A DNA stretch of 38,302 nucleotides, taken from the IMG/VR virus record IMGVR_UViG_3300028586_000316, positions 1 through 38,302 of that record. One strand, given 5' to 3'. Source of the DNA: a virus. Lineage: Duplodnaviria; Caudoviricetes. Positions 37,876 through 38,302 of this stretch are shown piece after piece (the first letter of the stretch is position 1; each line of letters starts with the position of its first letter). Position numbers and translations under genes: made by a program. The notes below the pieces were generated by a model that did no database searches, was not told the DNA's origin, and saw only the letters and a program-made list of their open reading frames with translations.

Positions 37876-38302
37876 TGAAGCAATATTTAGTGGTGCGTGA
37901 TTCCGACGGCCTGGTCTACGGCACGTCAATGCAGGCGGACCCGGACGCAGGTCCGTACGTCCCGCATGATCCTCCCATGGAGGGGGTGACGCTGCTGCCG
38001 TACGATTCTGAGTTCAGCCGGACGGGCCGGCGCGATACCGAAGCCGCCTACTGGGCCGATGGCGAGTTGCAGTGGGTAGAAACCGCACCGCTCGACGACC
38101 TGGTCGAGCGCGCAATCAGCCAGATCGATGCGGATGCCGATGCCGCACGCGTGTCGGTGCTGGTCAAGCCCACCAAGGCCGAGGAGTACATGCAGGCCGA
38201 GACGCAGGCGCGCGAGTGGCAGGCTTCTGGCTACCTGGGCGCCGCGCCGCCCGACGTCGCCAGCTGGGCAGCGGCGAAGCGCCGCGATGGCATGACGGAG
38301 CA
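37872..38302 (+). CDS. Putative tail fibre assembly-type protein, 3'-partial (not in ORF track)
   Basis: Open frame to the window end, overlapping the gpJ stop: MMKQYLVVRDSDG...AISQIDADADAAR...EEYMQAETQAREWQASGY. Confidence 0.6.
   Translation, partial: MMKQYLVVRDSDGLVYGTSMQADPDAGPYVPHDPPMEGVTLLPYDSEFSRTGRRDTEAAYWADGELQWVETAPLDDLVERAISQIDADADAARVSVLVKPTKAEEYMQAETQAREWQASGYLGAAPPDVASWAAAKRRDGMTE

Noticed and set aside
35700-38302. Diversity-generating retroelement or invertible cassette acting on gpJ
   Set aside because: No reverse transcriptase, invertase or template/variable repeat pair is visible; cannot be excluded beyond the window

Overview
Betaproteobacterial chromosome segment (high GC, probably Oxalobacteraceae/Massilia-like; this taxon is an inference). 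It carries the 3' part of rpoD and a tRNA-Ile(CAT), followed by a lambdoid siphovirus prophage integrated at the tRNA that runs off the right edge. Prophage order: attL, AT-rich DUF3800 cargo gene with a convergent structured small RNA, integrase/excisionase and a leftward early operon, a cI/cro switch, YmfL/CII-like gene, primase-helicase, origin-like repeats, late regulator with pR'-like promoter, a three-gene fibre-like module, a lambda-like cos, terminases, head, tail and a 1869-aa gpJ. Best leads: (1) a DUF3800 protein plus an approx. 70-nt RNA with its own promoter and U-tail, a candidate RNA-antitoxin/antiphage module; (2) a repressor with no protease domain paired with a convergent LexA-boxed 50-aa ORF, missing from the ORF track, that resembles the repressor's own C-terminus; (3) an FtsK-gamma domain and GNA mini-hairpin repeats inside the primase-helicase; (4) an antisense WYL-like gene behind cro; (5) a BamE-like lipoprotein moron. 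Lysis genes and attR are not in the window. All family assignments come from motif recognition by eye; no database search was run.
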